Assembly: GCA_965216965.1 (NCBI GenBank)
Contig: CBDCGX010000032.1
Coordinates: 16,083 to 80,082 of the forward strand
DNA: 64,000 nucleotides
Direction: 5' to 3'
Origin: Spirochaetia bacterium
GTDB lineage: Bacteria > Spirochaetota > Spirochaetia > WTKD01 > G963693115
In this document: positions 38,808 to 47,169 of the stretch, one piece after another
Position numbering within the stretch: position 1 is the stretch's first letter
How the letters are laid out: each line of letters starts with the position of its first letter
The notes under the pieces: model-generated
The model's database searches: none
What the model was told of the DNA's origin: nothing
Seen by the model: the letters and a program-made list of their open reading frames with translations, nothing else
Made by a program: the position numbers and the translations under genes

Positions 38808-39016
38808 GATATGTTTTATCATTATAATAAAAAATGAATTATATGTATAATGAAATGCTCTAGGTGTTCTTTTAAAAATAAATACAAAACACATATATTT
38901 GTACTCATAGCGATGCTGAGTATAGCACTGGTTGGCTGTGAAAACAAAGCAGAGCAAGAGAAAAGTCCCTAGGAATTATATAAAAAAAGACTTTGTTAGA
39001 TATTCATGTAGGAAAA

Positions 39017-39036
39017 TGGTATAATAAAATATACCA
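39017..39036. promoter_or_regulatory. Extended -10 promoter element overlapped by a 7-6-7 inverted repeat, upstream of the ZIP transporter
   Basis: TGGTATAAT (39017-39025) fits TGnTATAAT. TGGTATA(39017-39023)/TATACCA(39030-39036) are reverse complements. The gene starts at 39075. Confidence 0.4.
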
Positions 39037-39074
39037 CTAGAACTAGATATTCTAATTGTAAGGAGATAAAAAAA

Positions 39075-39860
39075 GTGGAATATTTTATACAATGGCTAGA
39101 GGACCAATCTCCATTAATGAGAGGAGTCATTGGTGGCGTTATAATAACATTGCTTAACACTATAGGAGCATCTTTCATTATTATATGGCGTAGTCCTTCT
39201 CGGAAATTTTTAGATTCAGCATTAGGATTTGCAGCTGGAGTCATGCTTACTGCAAGTTATACAAGCCTTATTATTCCTGGCGTTGAAGCAGGTGGTGTAA
39301 TACGCGTGCTTATAGGTATAATATTTGGATATATTGTACTCGATTTTGGAGATCATACTCTTCCTCATATGCATATGTTTAAAGGGATGGAAGGCATGGG
39401 AAAGAATGTTAGGTTAAAACGGGTATGGCTTTTAATACTTGCCATTACATTACATAATATTCCAGAGGGGCTTGCTGTAGGAGTTGGACTCGGAAGTGAA
39501 AATATACGCAATGCAGTTGCTCTTATGTTTGCTATTGGAATACAAAATATTCCCGAAGGATTTGCTGTTGCAGTATCGGCACTTGCATCGGGAAAAAGCA
39601 CACGATTTTATTCAACAATTGTAGGTATACGGGCAGGGCTCGTAGAAATACCTCTTGCTGTTTTAGGTGCAGTATTGGTTTCATTTGCAGCTCCGTTAGT
39701 TCCTTATGCAATGGGGTTTGCGGCTGGTGCCATGATTTATGTAATAAGCGATGAAATAATTCCAGAAACACATACAGAAGCTGGGCACGAAAGAGTAGCT
39801 ACATTTGGGCTTTTATTGGGAGTAATGGTAATGCTATACCTTGATGTTGTATTAGGCTAA
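39075..39860 (+). CDS. ZIP family divalent-metal transporter (ZupT-like)
   Basis: GTG start after AAGGAG. Motifs ITLHNIPEGLAVG and GIQNIPEGFAV are ZIP signature helices; 261 aa. Confidence 0.88.
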   Translation: MEYFIQWLEDQSPLMRGVIGGVIITLLNTIGASFIIIWRSPSRKFLDSALGFAAGVMLTASYTSLIIPGVEAGGVIRVLIGIIFGYIVLDFGDHTLPHMHMFKGMEGMGKNVRLKRVWLLILAITLHNIPEGLAVGVGLGSENIRNAVALMFAIGIQNIPEGFAVAVSALASGKSTRFYSTIVGIRAGLVEIPLAVLGAVLVSFAAPLVPYAMGFAAGAMIYVISDEIIPETHTEAGHERVATFGLLLGVMVMLYLDVVLG

Positions 39861-39868
39861 ATATAGCT

Positions 39869-40744
39869 TTATTCTTTTTGGGATTGTATATATATCTTAT
39901 ATAAATGCAGAAATATATCGCGATTTAAAAAGAGCTCAAGCATTTGTTGCTGGGAGTTTTCTAAATACTTTTTTTCAAAACGTGCAGCAAGAACACCGAT
40001 GTACCTATAGTGCCAACTTTCAAACCTATACCCTGTGATGGATTCTTTTCCCTGAGGATATGAGAGACTAAATCCGTATTTCCATGAGTTTTTTGCAAGC
40101 CAGTGAGAAGCGGGAGTATTGGTAAACGAATCATCAATGCTACCAAAATCTATGGTAAGCCCCAACTGATGCTGACTCATACCCTCTTTTGCTGACTCAC
40201 GTTGAGCTACTTCTTTTCCTAAGGTGCGCACCGCTCTTTCAAATACTTTTTTTTGATATGCATAATTTCTATATGTGGAGCTTATAGGAATATTTATGGA
40301 TTTATTTTTTGCATCGTGTATCATCTTACTAAGATGAGTAATAACAACAGACTGTAGTTGTAGCCCACTCTTAGATAGAGTAAATATATTCTTGTATTCA
40401 TCTAAATATACAAGGTTATTGGGAATGAAATTTCCTATGCTATTACTCTTGTCTACAAGTATGAGTAAGTCTTTTGGTGTATTTACAAGAACGAGGTATA
40501 TGTCTTTTAAAAAGATAAAAGGATTTACAAGTATATCTTCTATTACTGTGGTTTCAAGCGGATGAGGGATGTTTGTAAAAAGATCATATAATATATTCTT
40601 GAGTTTTTCTGTTTTTTCTTGTTGCATATTCTTTTCTAAGGATGACGTGCTGTTTTTTTGTTTTTCCCTCTCCACATTTAATCCTATAAAAAGAAGCAGT
40701 ATAAAAAAAACACTAGCAATGCTTATTATTACAATTCTCTTCAT
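39869..40744 (-). CDS. M15B (VanY-type) D-alanyl-D-alanine carboxypeptidase
   Basis: N-terminal TM/signal segment. Motifs SGYR-type ..STYRNYAYQ.., SQHQLGLTIDF (SxHxxGxAxD) and ESWHYRY (ExWH). Confidence 0.85.
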   Translation of the reverse strand: MKRIVIISIASVFFILLLFIGLNVEREKQKNSTSSLEKNMQQEKTEKLKNILYDLFTNIPHPLETTVIEDILVNPFIFLKDIYLVLVNTPKDLLILVDKSNSIGNFIPNNLVYLDEYKNIFTLSKSGLQLQSVVITHLSKMIHDAKNKSINIPISSTYRNYAYQKKVFERAVRTLGKEVAQRESAKEGMSQHQLGLTIDFGSIDDSFTNTPASHWLAKNSWKYGFSLSYPQGKESITGYRFESWHYRYIGVLAARFEKKYLENSQQQMLELFLNRDIFLHLYKIYIQSQKE

Positions 40745-40750
40745 GTTTAA

Positions 40751-43300
40751 TTATTTCTTTCGTAAAGGAGAATGACCTGATTTTTGTTTTTTTGTAGTAT
40801 GAGGATGTATTTTCTGAGGAATAGTTCCAAAGGCAAGACGAGGAAATAATAAAGCAAATACTTCTTCTATGGTTGATACGGGGTAGATAGTAAGGCCTTT
40901 TTGTATATATTGAGGAATCTCTTGCAAATCGCTTATATTGCTATTGGGAATAATTATATTCTTAATCTTATTTCTTCTTGCCGCAACAATTTTCTCTCTT
41001 AATCCTCCTATGGGTAGGACTTTCCCAATAAGTGAAAGTTCGCCTGTCATTGCAAAAGTAGTATTTATTCTCTTCTTAAGTATGAAAGAGAAGAGAGCAC
41101 TTGCCATAGTAATGCCTGCAGAAGGACCGTCTTTGGGAGTAGCTCCTTCTGGAACATGAAGATGTATATCATGTGTTGAAAAAAAATCGTACGATTCCGT
41201 TTCTGTTTTTTGTAAAATAATTGCATCGCTGTCTTCATTATTTGTAGCTTTCTTGTTTTTTTGTGAGGAATAGAGAGGGTAATATAATTTTACAAGGGAA
41301 AGGGCAATATGAGCTGATTCTTTCATAACATCTCCTAAAGTACCAGTTAAGGTAAATGCTCCCTTCCCTTTGTATGCTTGTGCTTCTATTAAGAGCACGT
41401 CTCCTCCTACAGATGTCCATGCAAGTCCAAGTGCTGTGCCAACGTGGGTTGCTCTTTTTATTATATTTTCTTTAAATGGAGCGATGCCTAGATATGTTTT
41501 AAGATTATCTGAGGTTACATTATATTTTTTCGATAGGGAAAATGAGCGATGTGTAGGTTTTTTCCCTTTTTTCTTTTGTATATCTTCCTTGTTTTGTATT
41601 TTTTGTGTTAGTATTTTTCTAATGATTGTGTCAATGTATTGTTCAAATTTTCGCATCCCAGCTTCTCGAGCATAGTTTTCGCTTATTTCACCTAGAATGG
41701 TATTGGAGAACACAATAGAGGATGAAGCAATTCCGTGCCGTTTAAGAGATTTTGGAATAATATATTTTCGTGCTATAGAGATCTTTTCCTTATCAATATA
41801 TCCCGATAGATGTATGATTTCCATCCTATCTATGAGAGGAGGAGGGACGGTATGAAGTGTATTTGCTGTAGTGATAAAGAATATCTTTGAAAGATCAAAT
41901 GGGATATCTATATACATATCTCTAAAATGAATATTCTGCACTGGATCAAGTACCTCAAGCAAAGCCGAAGACGGATCCCCTTGGATTCCACTTGATATTT
42001 TATCTATTTCGTCAATAACAAAGACGGGATCATTTTCTTTTACATATAAGAGCCCTTGTATTATCTTTCCCGGCATAGCTCCTATATATGTACGTCGATG
42101 CCCCTTGATTTCTGCCTCATCTCTCATTCCGCCTACAGAGAAATGATAGAGTTTTTTTCCTAATGCATGTGCTATTGACCGAGCTATTGATGTCTTTCCC
42201 ACCCCAGGAGGACCTACTAAACAAATAATAGATTTTGTCTCTGACTTTTCAATTTTTGATATTGCTAAATGTTCTATGATGCGTTCTTTTACTTTTTGCA
42301 TTCCATAATGTTCTTTGTCAAGAATTTTTTTTGCAAATGATAGATCTATAGGTTTTCTTTTTGTATTTTCCCATGGAAGATCAATTATTTTTTCAAGATA
42401 ACTTAGAAGTACATTGTATTCAGGGTTGTGAGGGTCTAATATTTCAAATCTTTTTACCTCTTTATTTACATGTGTTCTTACATCCTCTGGGAGGGGGAGA
42501 TCTGTAAGTTTTTTTTGAATTGCCCTTATTTCACTTTCTTTACCATCTGGCTCGCCTAGTTCTTTCTTTATTTCTTTGACCATTTCTTTTAGGAAATGCC
42601 TTCGTTTATGTTTTTCTACGGAGTTATTTATTTGGTTTTGTATTCGTTTTTGAATCTTAAGAAGTTCTTGTTCGCGGTTTACAAACATAAGCACTGTTTC
42701 CATTCGTTTTTGTATGTCTATGGTTTCAAGAATATTTTGTTGTTCTTCTCTTTTTAAGTCAAGTATTGCACTTAAAAAATCTGCAATCTGTCCGGGGTGG
42801 TCTATGTTTACCATGTTTAATCGCACTTCTTCGGAAAAAAGAGGATTGTTTTCAAGGATCTTTTTCATTTCAGTTATGAGAGATCTAGTGAGTACTGTGA
42901 CCTCTGGAGTTCGCTCTTTGGGTTCTTCTATATATTGCACTCGTGCAATGAGAGGAGGAGTATATTGTAGCTCGTTTTTAATTATAAATCTATTATTAAC
43001 TATAAAGAATATATTGTAGCCACCATCGGGAAGATTGATTTTCTTTTGTATTTTTATTATAACGCCAGTTCTGTAAAGGTTAGTAAATCTATAAGCAGAT
43101 TCTGAATGAGGATCTTTGAGGAGTGTCATTCCAAGAAAGTTATTTGTATTGATACTATTATCTATTATCTTCATAAGCTGTTTATTATTCGTCATAACTT
43201 GCGATACCATACCTGGAAATATAGGTTTGTTTTCTAAAGGATAGATCACAAGTTGACTTGGAAAGGAACTAGAGAATAATATAAGGTTGTCTTTTTTCAT
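40751..43300 (-). CDS. lon: ATP-dependent Lon protease
   Basis: Walker A GPPGVGKTS, Walker B VFVIDEIDK, proteolytic-site DGPSAGITMA; 849 aa. Confidence 0.95.
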   Translation of the reverse strand: MKKDNLILFSSSFPSQLVIYPLENKPIFPGMVSQVMTNNKQLMKIIDNSINTNNFLGMTLLKDPHSESAYRFTNLYRTGVIIKIQKKINLPDGGYNIFFIVNNRFIIKNELQYTPPLIARVQYIEEPKERTPEVTVLTRSLITEMKKILENNPLFSEEVRLNMVNIDHPGQIADFLSAILDLKREEQQNILETIDIQKRMETVLMFVNREQELLKIQKRIQNQINNSVEKHKRRHFLKEMVKEIKKELGEPDGKESEIRAIQKKLTDLPLPEDVRTHVNKEVKRFEILDPHNPEYNVLLSYLEKIIDLPWENTKRKPIDLSFAKKILDKEHYGMQKVKERIIEHLAISKIEKSETKSIICLVGPPGVGKTSIARSIAHALGKKLYHFSVGGMRDEAEIKGHRRTYIGAMPGKIIQGLLYVKENDPVFVIDEIDKISSGIQGDPSSALLEVLDPVQNIHFRDMYIDIPFDLSKIFFITTANTLHTVPPPLIDRMEIIHLSGYIDKEKISIARKYIIPKSLKRHGIASSSIVFSNTILGEISENYAREAGMRKFEQYIDTIIRKILTQKIQNKEDIQKKKGKKPTHRSFSLSKKYNVTSDNLKTYLGIAPFKENIIKRATHVGTALGLAWTSVGGDVLLIEAQAYKGKGAFTLTGTLGDVMKESAHIALSLVKLYYPLYSSQKNKKATNNEDSDAIILQKTETESYDFFSTHDIHLHVPEGATPKDGPSAGITMASALFSFILKKRINTTFAMTGELSLIGKVLPIGGLREKIVAARRNKIKNIIIPNSNISDLQEIPQYIQKGLTIYPVSTIEEVFALLFPRLAFGTIPQKIHPHTTKKQKSGHSPLRKK

Positions 43301-43384
43301 CTTCTATAAATATAAGAATAGTAAAATTTTAATAATAATACAATACATATATGCAAAGAGAGAGTTGATGATAAAATATTAGGA

Positions 43385-45037
43385 TTATCTTTTAGTATAA
43401 AGAAAGAAAACTATTCTTCCCAAAAAACATAGTGATGTAAGAATAAGAAGGGTTATTGCAAACCAGTCGCCTGCACGAGTATACAATGTATATTGAGGCG
43501 TATATATAGGAATATCGGCAACTATACTTTCTTTTGTAAAAGAATCTAACATGTTGGTTATTGTACCATTGGGAGTAATGATAGCTGTCATTCCAGAATT
43601 AGCGCTTCGTACAACTGACCTACGATTTTCTATTGCTCTCAATATAGAAAGTTGAAGATGTTGCATTGCATTTGCTTCCACTCCTGACCACGCGTCATTG
43701 GTAATGTTTATGAGAATTTGAGCACCAGCACGGACGAATTTTGCATTTTGTAAGCCAAACCCATCTTCAAAACAAATGGGAGTAGAAAATGAGACCGTTT
43801 CCCCTTCAAAAACAGTGTGTTCAGTCCCTGGTAGCCAGAAAATTGCATCATTTTCTTTTAATACATTATAGAACCATCTAAAAGTATTTCTATAGGGAAA
43901 AGATTCCGAAAAAGGAACGAGATGAATCTTATAATAAGCATCTTTTCGCTCTGCTCCTCTAAAAAACAGGGCAGCATTGTACCTTGAGGGATCATCAGGA
44001 GAGAGATTTCTTTCTCTTTGCTCTTTTGGACCAATACGTTCACCATTGCCTATGAGAAATTCTGTATTTGGATATTTTTCTAAAAAATGCATGAGTCGTT
44101 GTATCAATCTAAAATACTGTTGATTTTCTCTGTATTTTGTATGGTAATAAATAGAAGGAACAAATGCAGTTTCTGACCATACAACTATGTCGGGAGCGTT
44201 AGCTGTATCTTGCATTGTTTCTTCTGTTATTCTTGTAAGCGTTTCAAAAGATTCTGTATATGATTGGAAGCCACCTTTCCATGGATCAGTGTTGTGTTGG
44301 AGAAGTGCTACTTTTGTTGTGCGGGTATTTGGAAGTGCTTTTATAAATATAGATTGGGCTATTATGCCATATATCACAATACCCCAAAACACGATAGCAT
44401 AGAGAATAATACTGCTTATTATAATTCTATTTTTGAAAATATCTTGAAACGTTTGTATTGTTTTTATTATATATGCGATGAGCAATGATGGAAATGCAAC
44501 AATAAGTGATGGCATCCATACTCCCAAAACATCAGCACTTTGTATGAGTAGGGGCTGAAAAGACATTGAATAGCCTAAAAGCCCAAACCCATAACCTAAA
44601 AACCCTTGTGTGCGCAAGTACTCATAAGACATCCATATGAGTACTTGTATTAAAAACCAAAATTTTCCAAAGTACTTATAAGCGATAACAAAAAGAGGGA
44701 GGACGATGGAAAAATATATTCCATATATAATGGGAACAACTAAAAATGACAAGGGATTAAAAGTACCTAACCAGTAATTAAAAAGTATATAGGTTAGCAT
44801 GCCATAGAAAAAGCCCCAAGGAATTGCAGATATTATTCGTATTCTTGTCGATAAGAGAGAAAACGGTATGAGCACAAAAAAACCTAGAGGAAATATGCCA
44901 AATCTAAAAAAATAATTAGGAAAGGCAAGAGCAAAAAGCACTGCGGCAAGAATTACCAATGTTGCATTTTGGAAAAAGTATAAAAAATGAAAATGTGGTT
45001 TTATTATAGGAGACATATGGACAGAGTTCTTTGCCAT
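43385..45037 (-). CDS. lnt: Apolipoprotein N-acyltransferase
   Basis: N-terminal polytopic membrane region plus a C-terminal nitrilase-type domain: ..VVWSETA.., ..KIHLVPFSE.., ..TPICFEDGF... Confidence 0.9.
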   Translation of the reverse strand: MAKNSVHMSPIIKPHFHFLYFFQNATLVILAAVLFALAFPNYFFRFGIFPLGFFVLIPFSLLSTRIRIISAIPWGFFYGMLTYILFNYWLGTFNPLSFLVVPIIYGIYFSIVLPLFVIAYKYFGKFWFLIQVLIWMSYEYLRTQGFLGYGFGLLGYSMSFQPLLIQSADVLGVWMPSLIVAFPSLLIAYIIKTIQTFQDIFKNRIIISSIILYAIVFWGIVIYGIIAQSIFIKALPNTRTTKVALLQHNTDPWKGGFQSYTESFETLTRITEETMQDTANAPDIVVWSETAFVPSIYYHTKYRENQQYFRLIQRLMHFLEKYPNTEFLIGNGERIGPKEQRERNLSPDDPSRYNAALFFRGAERKDAYYKIHLVPFSESFPYRNTFRWFYNVLKENDAIFWLPGTEHTVFEGETVSFSTPICFEDGFGLQNAKFVRAGAQILINITNDAWSGVEANAMQHLQLSILRAIENRRSVVRSANSGMTAIITPNGTITNMLDSFTKESIVADIPIYTPQYTLYTRAGDWFAITLLILTSLCFLGRIVFFLYTKR

Positions 45038-45064
45038 AGTGTATTATTATATCATCTTTATACT

Positions 45065-45403
45065 TTATGAAGAATTATCTTTTAGAGAATGGTCTGCATC
45101 CCATACAGAAGATTGAAGGTCTTTTCCCGCTTTAAAAAGTACTACCGTGTGTTTTGGTACTGTTATTTGTTTTCCTGTACGAGGGTTTCGAGCATGAAGT
45201 TTCTCCTTTCTTTCTTTTAAAATAAATGTACCAAATCCTCGTAATTCTATTTCTTTTCCATTCTTTAGGGCGTTACTTGTGGATTCCAAGAATGAATCTA
45301 CAATGAGTTGTATAAGGGTTTTCGAAAACCTCACATTTTTATGAGAAGAATAAAGAGTATTAAATATTTCTGAAACAATATTGGATTTTGTATGTCTACT
45401 CAA
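45065..45403 (-). CDS. HU/IHF family DNA-binding protein, Hbb-like
   Basis: IELRGFGTFILKERKEKLHARNPRTGKQITVPKHTVVLFKAGKDL. The N-terminal extension and the neighbouring rpsT resemble Borrelia hbb as I recall it. Confidence 0.88.
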   Translation of the reverse strand: MSRHTKSNIVSEIFNTLYSSHKNVRFSKTLIQLIVDSFLESTSNALKNGKEIELRGFGTFILKERKEKLHARNPRTGKQITVPKHTVVLFKAGKDLQSSVWDADHSLKDNSS

Positions 45404-45418
45404 GAAAATATAAAAAAA

Positions 45419-45751
45419 TTATTTTGTAGATGAAACACTGCTTGTAGAAGAGGCAGTGTCTTTTGTGGAAGAGACTTCTTTTTTTGTTTTCATAAAATGG
45501 AAGTAAAGTCGAGATTTAAGTCGCGCACTTTTATTTTTGTGAAACACGCCCTTGCTTGTGGCTTTGTCTATATATTTTATAGCAGCATCAAAGCGTTTTT
45601 TTAACTCTATAAGCTTTTCTGGGTCTGTCAAATCATGATGTTTTTGATATGCCTTAATAGTAGTTTTTGTTTTTGAAACAACTATTTTGTTTTTCATAGT
45701 TTTTTTCTTATCTTGTAGTATTCGTTTTTTTGCCGATTTTATATTCGCCAT
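45419..45751 (-). CDS. rpsT: 30S ribosomal protein S20
   Basis: MANIKSAKKRILQDKKKT..NK...S..KT is the canonical S20 N-terminus, with a Ser/Thr-rich tail. Confidence 0.92.
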   Translation of the reverse strand: MANIKSAKKRILQDKKKTMKNKIVVSKTKTTIKAYQKHHDLTDPEKLIELKKRFDAAIKYIDKATSKGVFHKNKSARLKSRLYFHFMKTKKEVSSTKDTASSTSSVSSTK

Positions 45752-45866
45752 ATAAATAATTATTACATATTTATATAATATATGTCAATAAATAATTATT
45801 TATAATATTGATATTTTTCTGCAATTAAATGTTAAAAAAGTAATGTTTTTATCATATAATTAAACT

Positions 45867-47141
45867 ATGAGTGTAGAATATAAGGTTTCTGGGTCCTCAA
45901 CTCAGGGTTTAGTGGGTGCTACCCTTGGTTTTTTTATTGGCTTTGCAGCAGTTACTCTGTTTGCTCCGCTTGTTAACTTTTTAAGTCTTACTCCGGTAGA
46001 AAAGGGCTTATTGCTGTCTATATCAAGTTTGACGGGTTCTTTATTGCGTATTCCTTTTGCTGCCTTTGTTGACACGACGGGTGGTCGTAAACCTATGTTA
46101 ATCCTTTTGACACTTGCAATTATTGGAATGATTAGCATTTACATGTTATTAGGGTTAGATCCTGTAGAAATAAAAAACCGCTTTGGATTATTATTGTTTT
46201 CGGGTGCACTAGCAGGGTGTGGTATTGCGACATTTTCTGTAGGTATAGGGCAAACCTCATATTGGTTTCCACAAAAAACACAAGGGAAAGCATTAGGTAT
46301 TTATGCTGGAGTTGGCAATCTTGCCCCCGGTATTTTTGTCTTTCTTATTACTAACTATTTATTAAAATCACTAGGACTACGCTATACATATTTACTTTGG
46401 GCAGTGATCCTATTTATGGGTACTATTTTTTATTTTTTTATTGGACGAAATGCTTGGTTTTTTCAGCTGCGTGCTCAAGGAGCTGGTGTTGATGAAGCAA
46501 AGCAGATTGCGAGCGAAAAATATAGGCAAGAACTATTGCCAAAAGGCACAGCAATACAGGGGTTAATAGCGTCTGCCAAAATATGGCAAACATGGATAAT
46601 GGTGTTTGTGTATTTTTTTAGTTTTGGCGGTTTTCTTGCACTTACAAATTGGTTTAAAGAATTTTTTAATAATTATCATGCCATGACTATTGCAATGGCA
46701 GGAGCATTAACTTCTTTTTATTCTATTGGTGCTTCTATAGCTCGGATTTTTGGGGGGGGGATAGCAGATAAAATTGGAGGAAGAAAAGCTACTAATATTT
46801 CTTTATTTATTTCTGGTGTTGGAGCCTTGTTATTAGCGCTTACTGGTAATTATGTAATTAACTTGATAGGACTTGTTTTTATGACAGTAGGCATGGGTAT
46901 AGTAAATGCAGGTGTATTTAAAATGCTGCCGCGTTTTGTACCCCACGCAGTAGGTGGTGCGGCAGGCTGGGTAGGAGGACTAGGAGCTCTTGGGGGCTTT
47001 GTTCTGCCCAATATTCTTTCACAATTTTTAAGTACAGGTGCTGCTGGAGATGCTGGCTATTTGAAGGGCTTCTATGTTTTTGTGGTACTAATAGTTATAT
47101 CATTGGTCTTGGTGAATTTATTGCCAAAAAAAGATTTGTAG
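45867..47141 (+). CDS. narK: MFS nitrate/nitrite transporter (NarK/NasA-type porter)
   Basis: 12-TM MFS protein. Gly-rich signatures ..GAFVDTTGGRK.. and ..GGGIADKIGGRK... Immediately upstream of the nitrate reductase. Confidence 0.82.
   Translation: MSVEYKVSGSSTQGLVGATLGFFIGFAAVTLFAPLVNFLSLTPVEKGLLLSISSLTGSLLRIPFAAFVDTTGGRKPMLILLTLAIIGMISIYMLLGLDPVEIKNRFGLLLFSGALAGCGIATFSVGIGQTSYWFPQKTQGKALGIYAGVGNLAPGIFVFLITNYLLKSLGLRYTYLLWAVILFMGTIFYFFIGRNAWFFQLRAQGAGVDEAKQIASEKYRQELLPKGTAIQGLIASAKIWQTWIMVFVYFFSFGGFLALTNWFKEFFNNYHAMTIAMAGALTSFYSIGASIARIFGGGIADKIGGRKATNISLFISGVGALLLALTGNYVINLIGLVFMTVGMGIVNAGVFKMLPRFVPHAVGGAAGWVGGLGALGGFVLPNILSQFLSTGAAGDAGYLKGFYVFVVLIVISLVLVNLLPKKDL
46752..46760 (+). repeat. 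G9 homopolymer inside narK (codons GGG GGG GGG)
   Basis: Read directly: ATTTTTGGGGGGGGGATAGCA. It is the longest G/C run I saw in the window. Confidence 0.95.
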
Positions 47142-47169
47142 AATTATATGTAATTTTAAGGAGGCAGTT

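Noticed and set aside
38808-38957. 50-codon N-terminal extension of metG in the ORF track (MLCFVFTANQCY...)
   Set aside because: The extension precedes the conserved MetRS N-terminus (..KKLITSALPYVNN), is Phe/Tyr/Cys-rich junk, and overlaps the divergent promoter region. ATG 38807 or 38792 fits MetRS alignments.
38808-39016. Possible T-box or other leader RNA upstream of metG
   Set aside because: Only a 6-bp hairpin (TACTCA..TGAGTA) is visible. There is no specifier-loop or T-box (..GGTGGNACCGCG-like) sequence.
45752-45866. Moco riboswitch or nitrate-responsive operator between rpsT and narK
   Set aside because: The 115-nt gap is almost pure A/T with no GC-paired helices, so a Moco riboswitch is excluded by eye. 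A 13-nt direct repeat (ATAAATAATTATT at 45752 and 45788) and a short ACATAT/ATATGT palindrome exist, but they are low-complexity and unconvincing.
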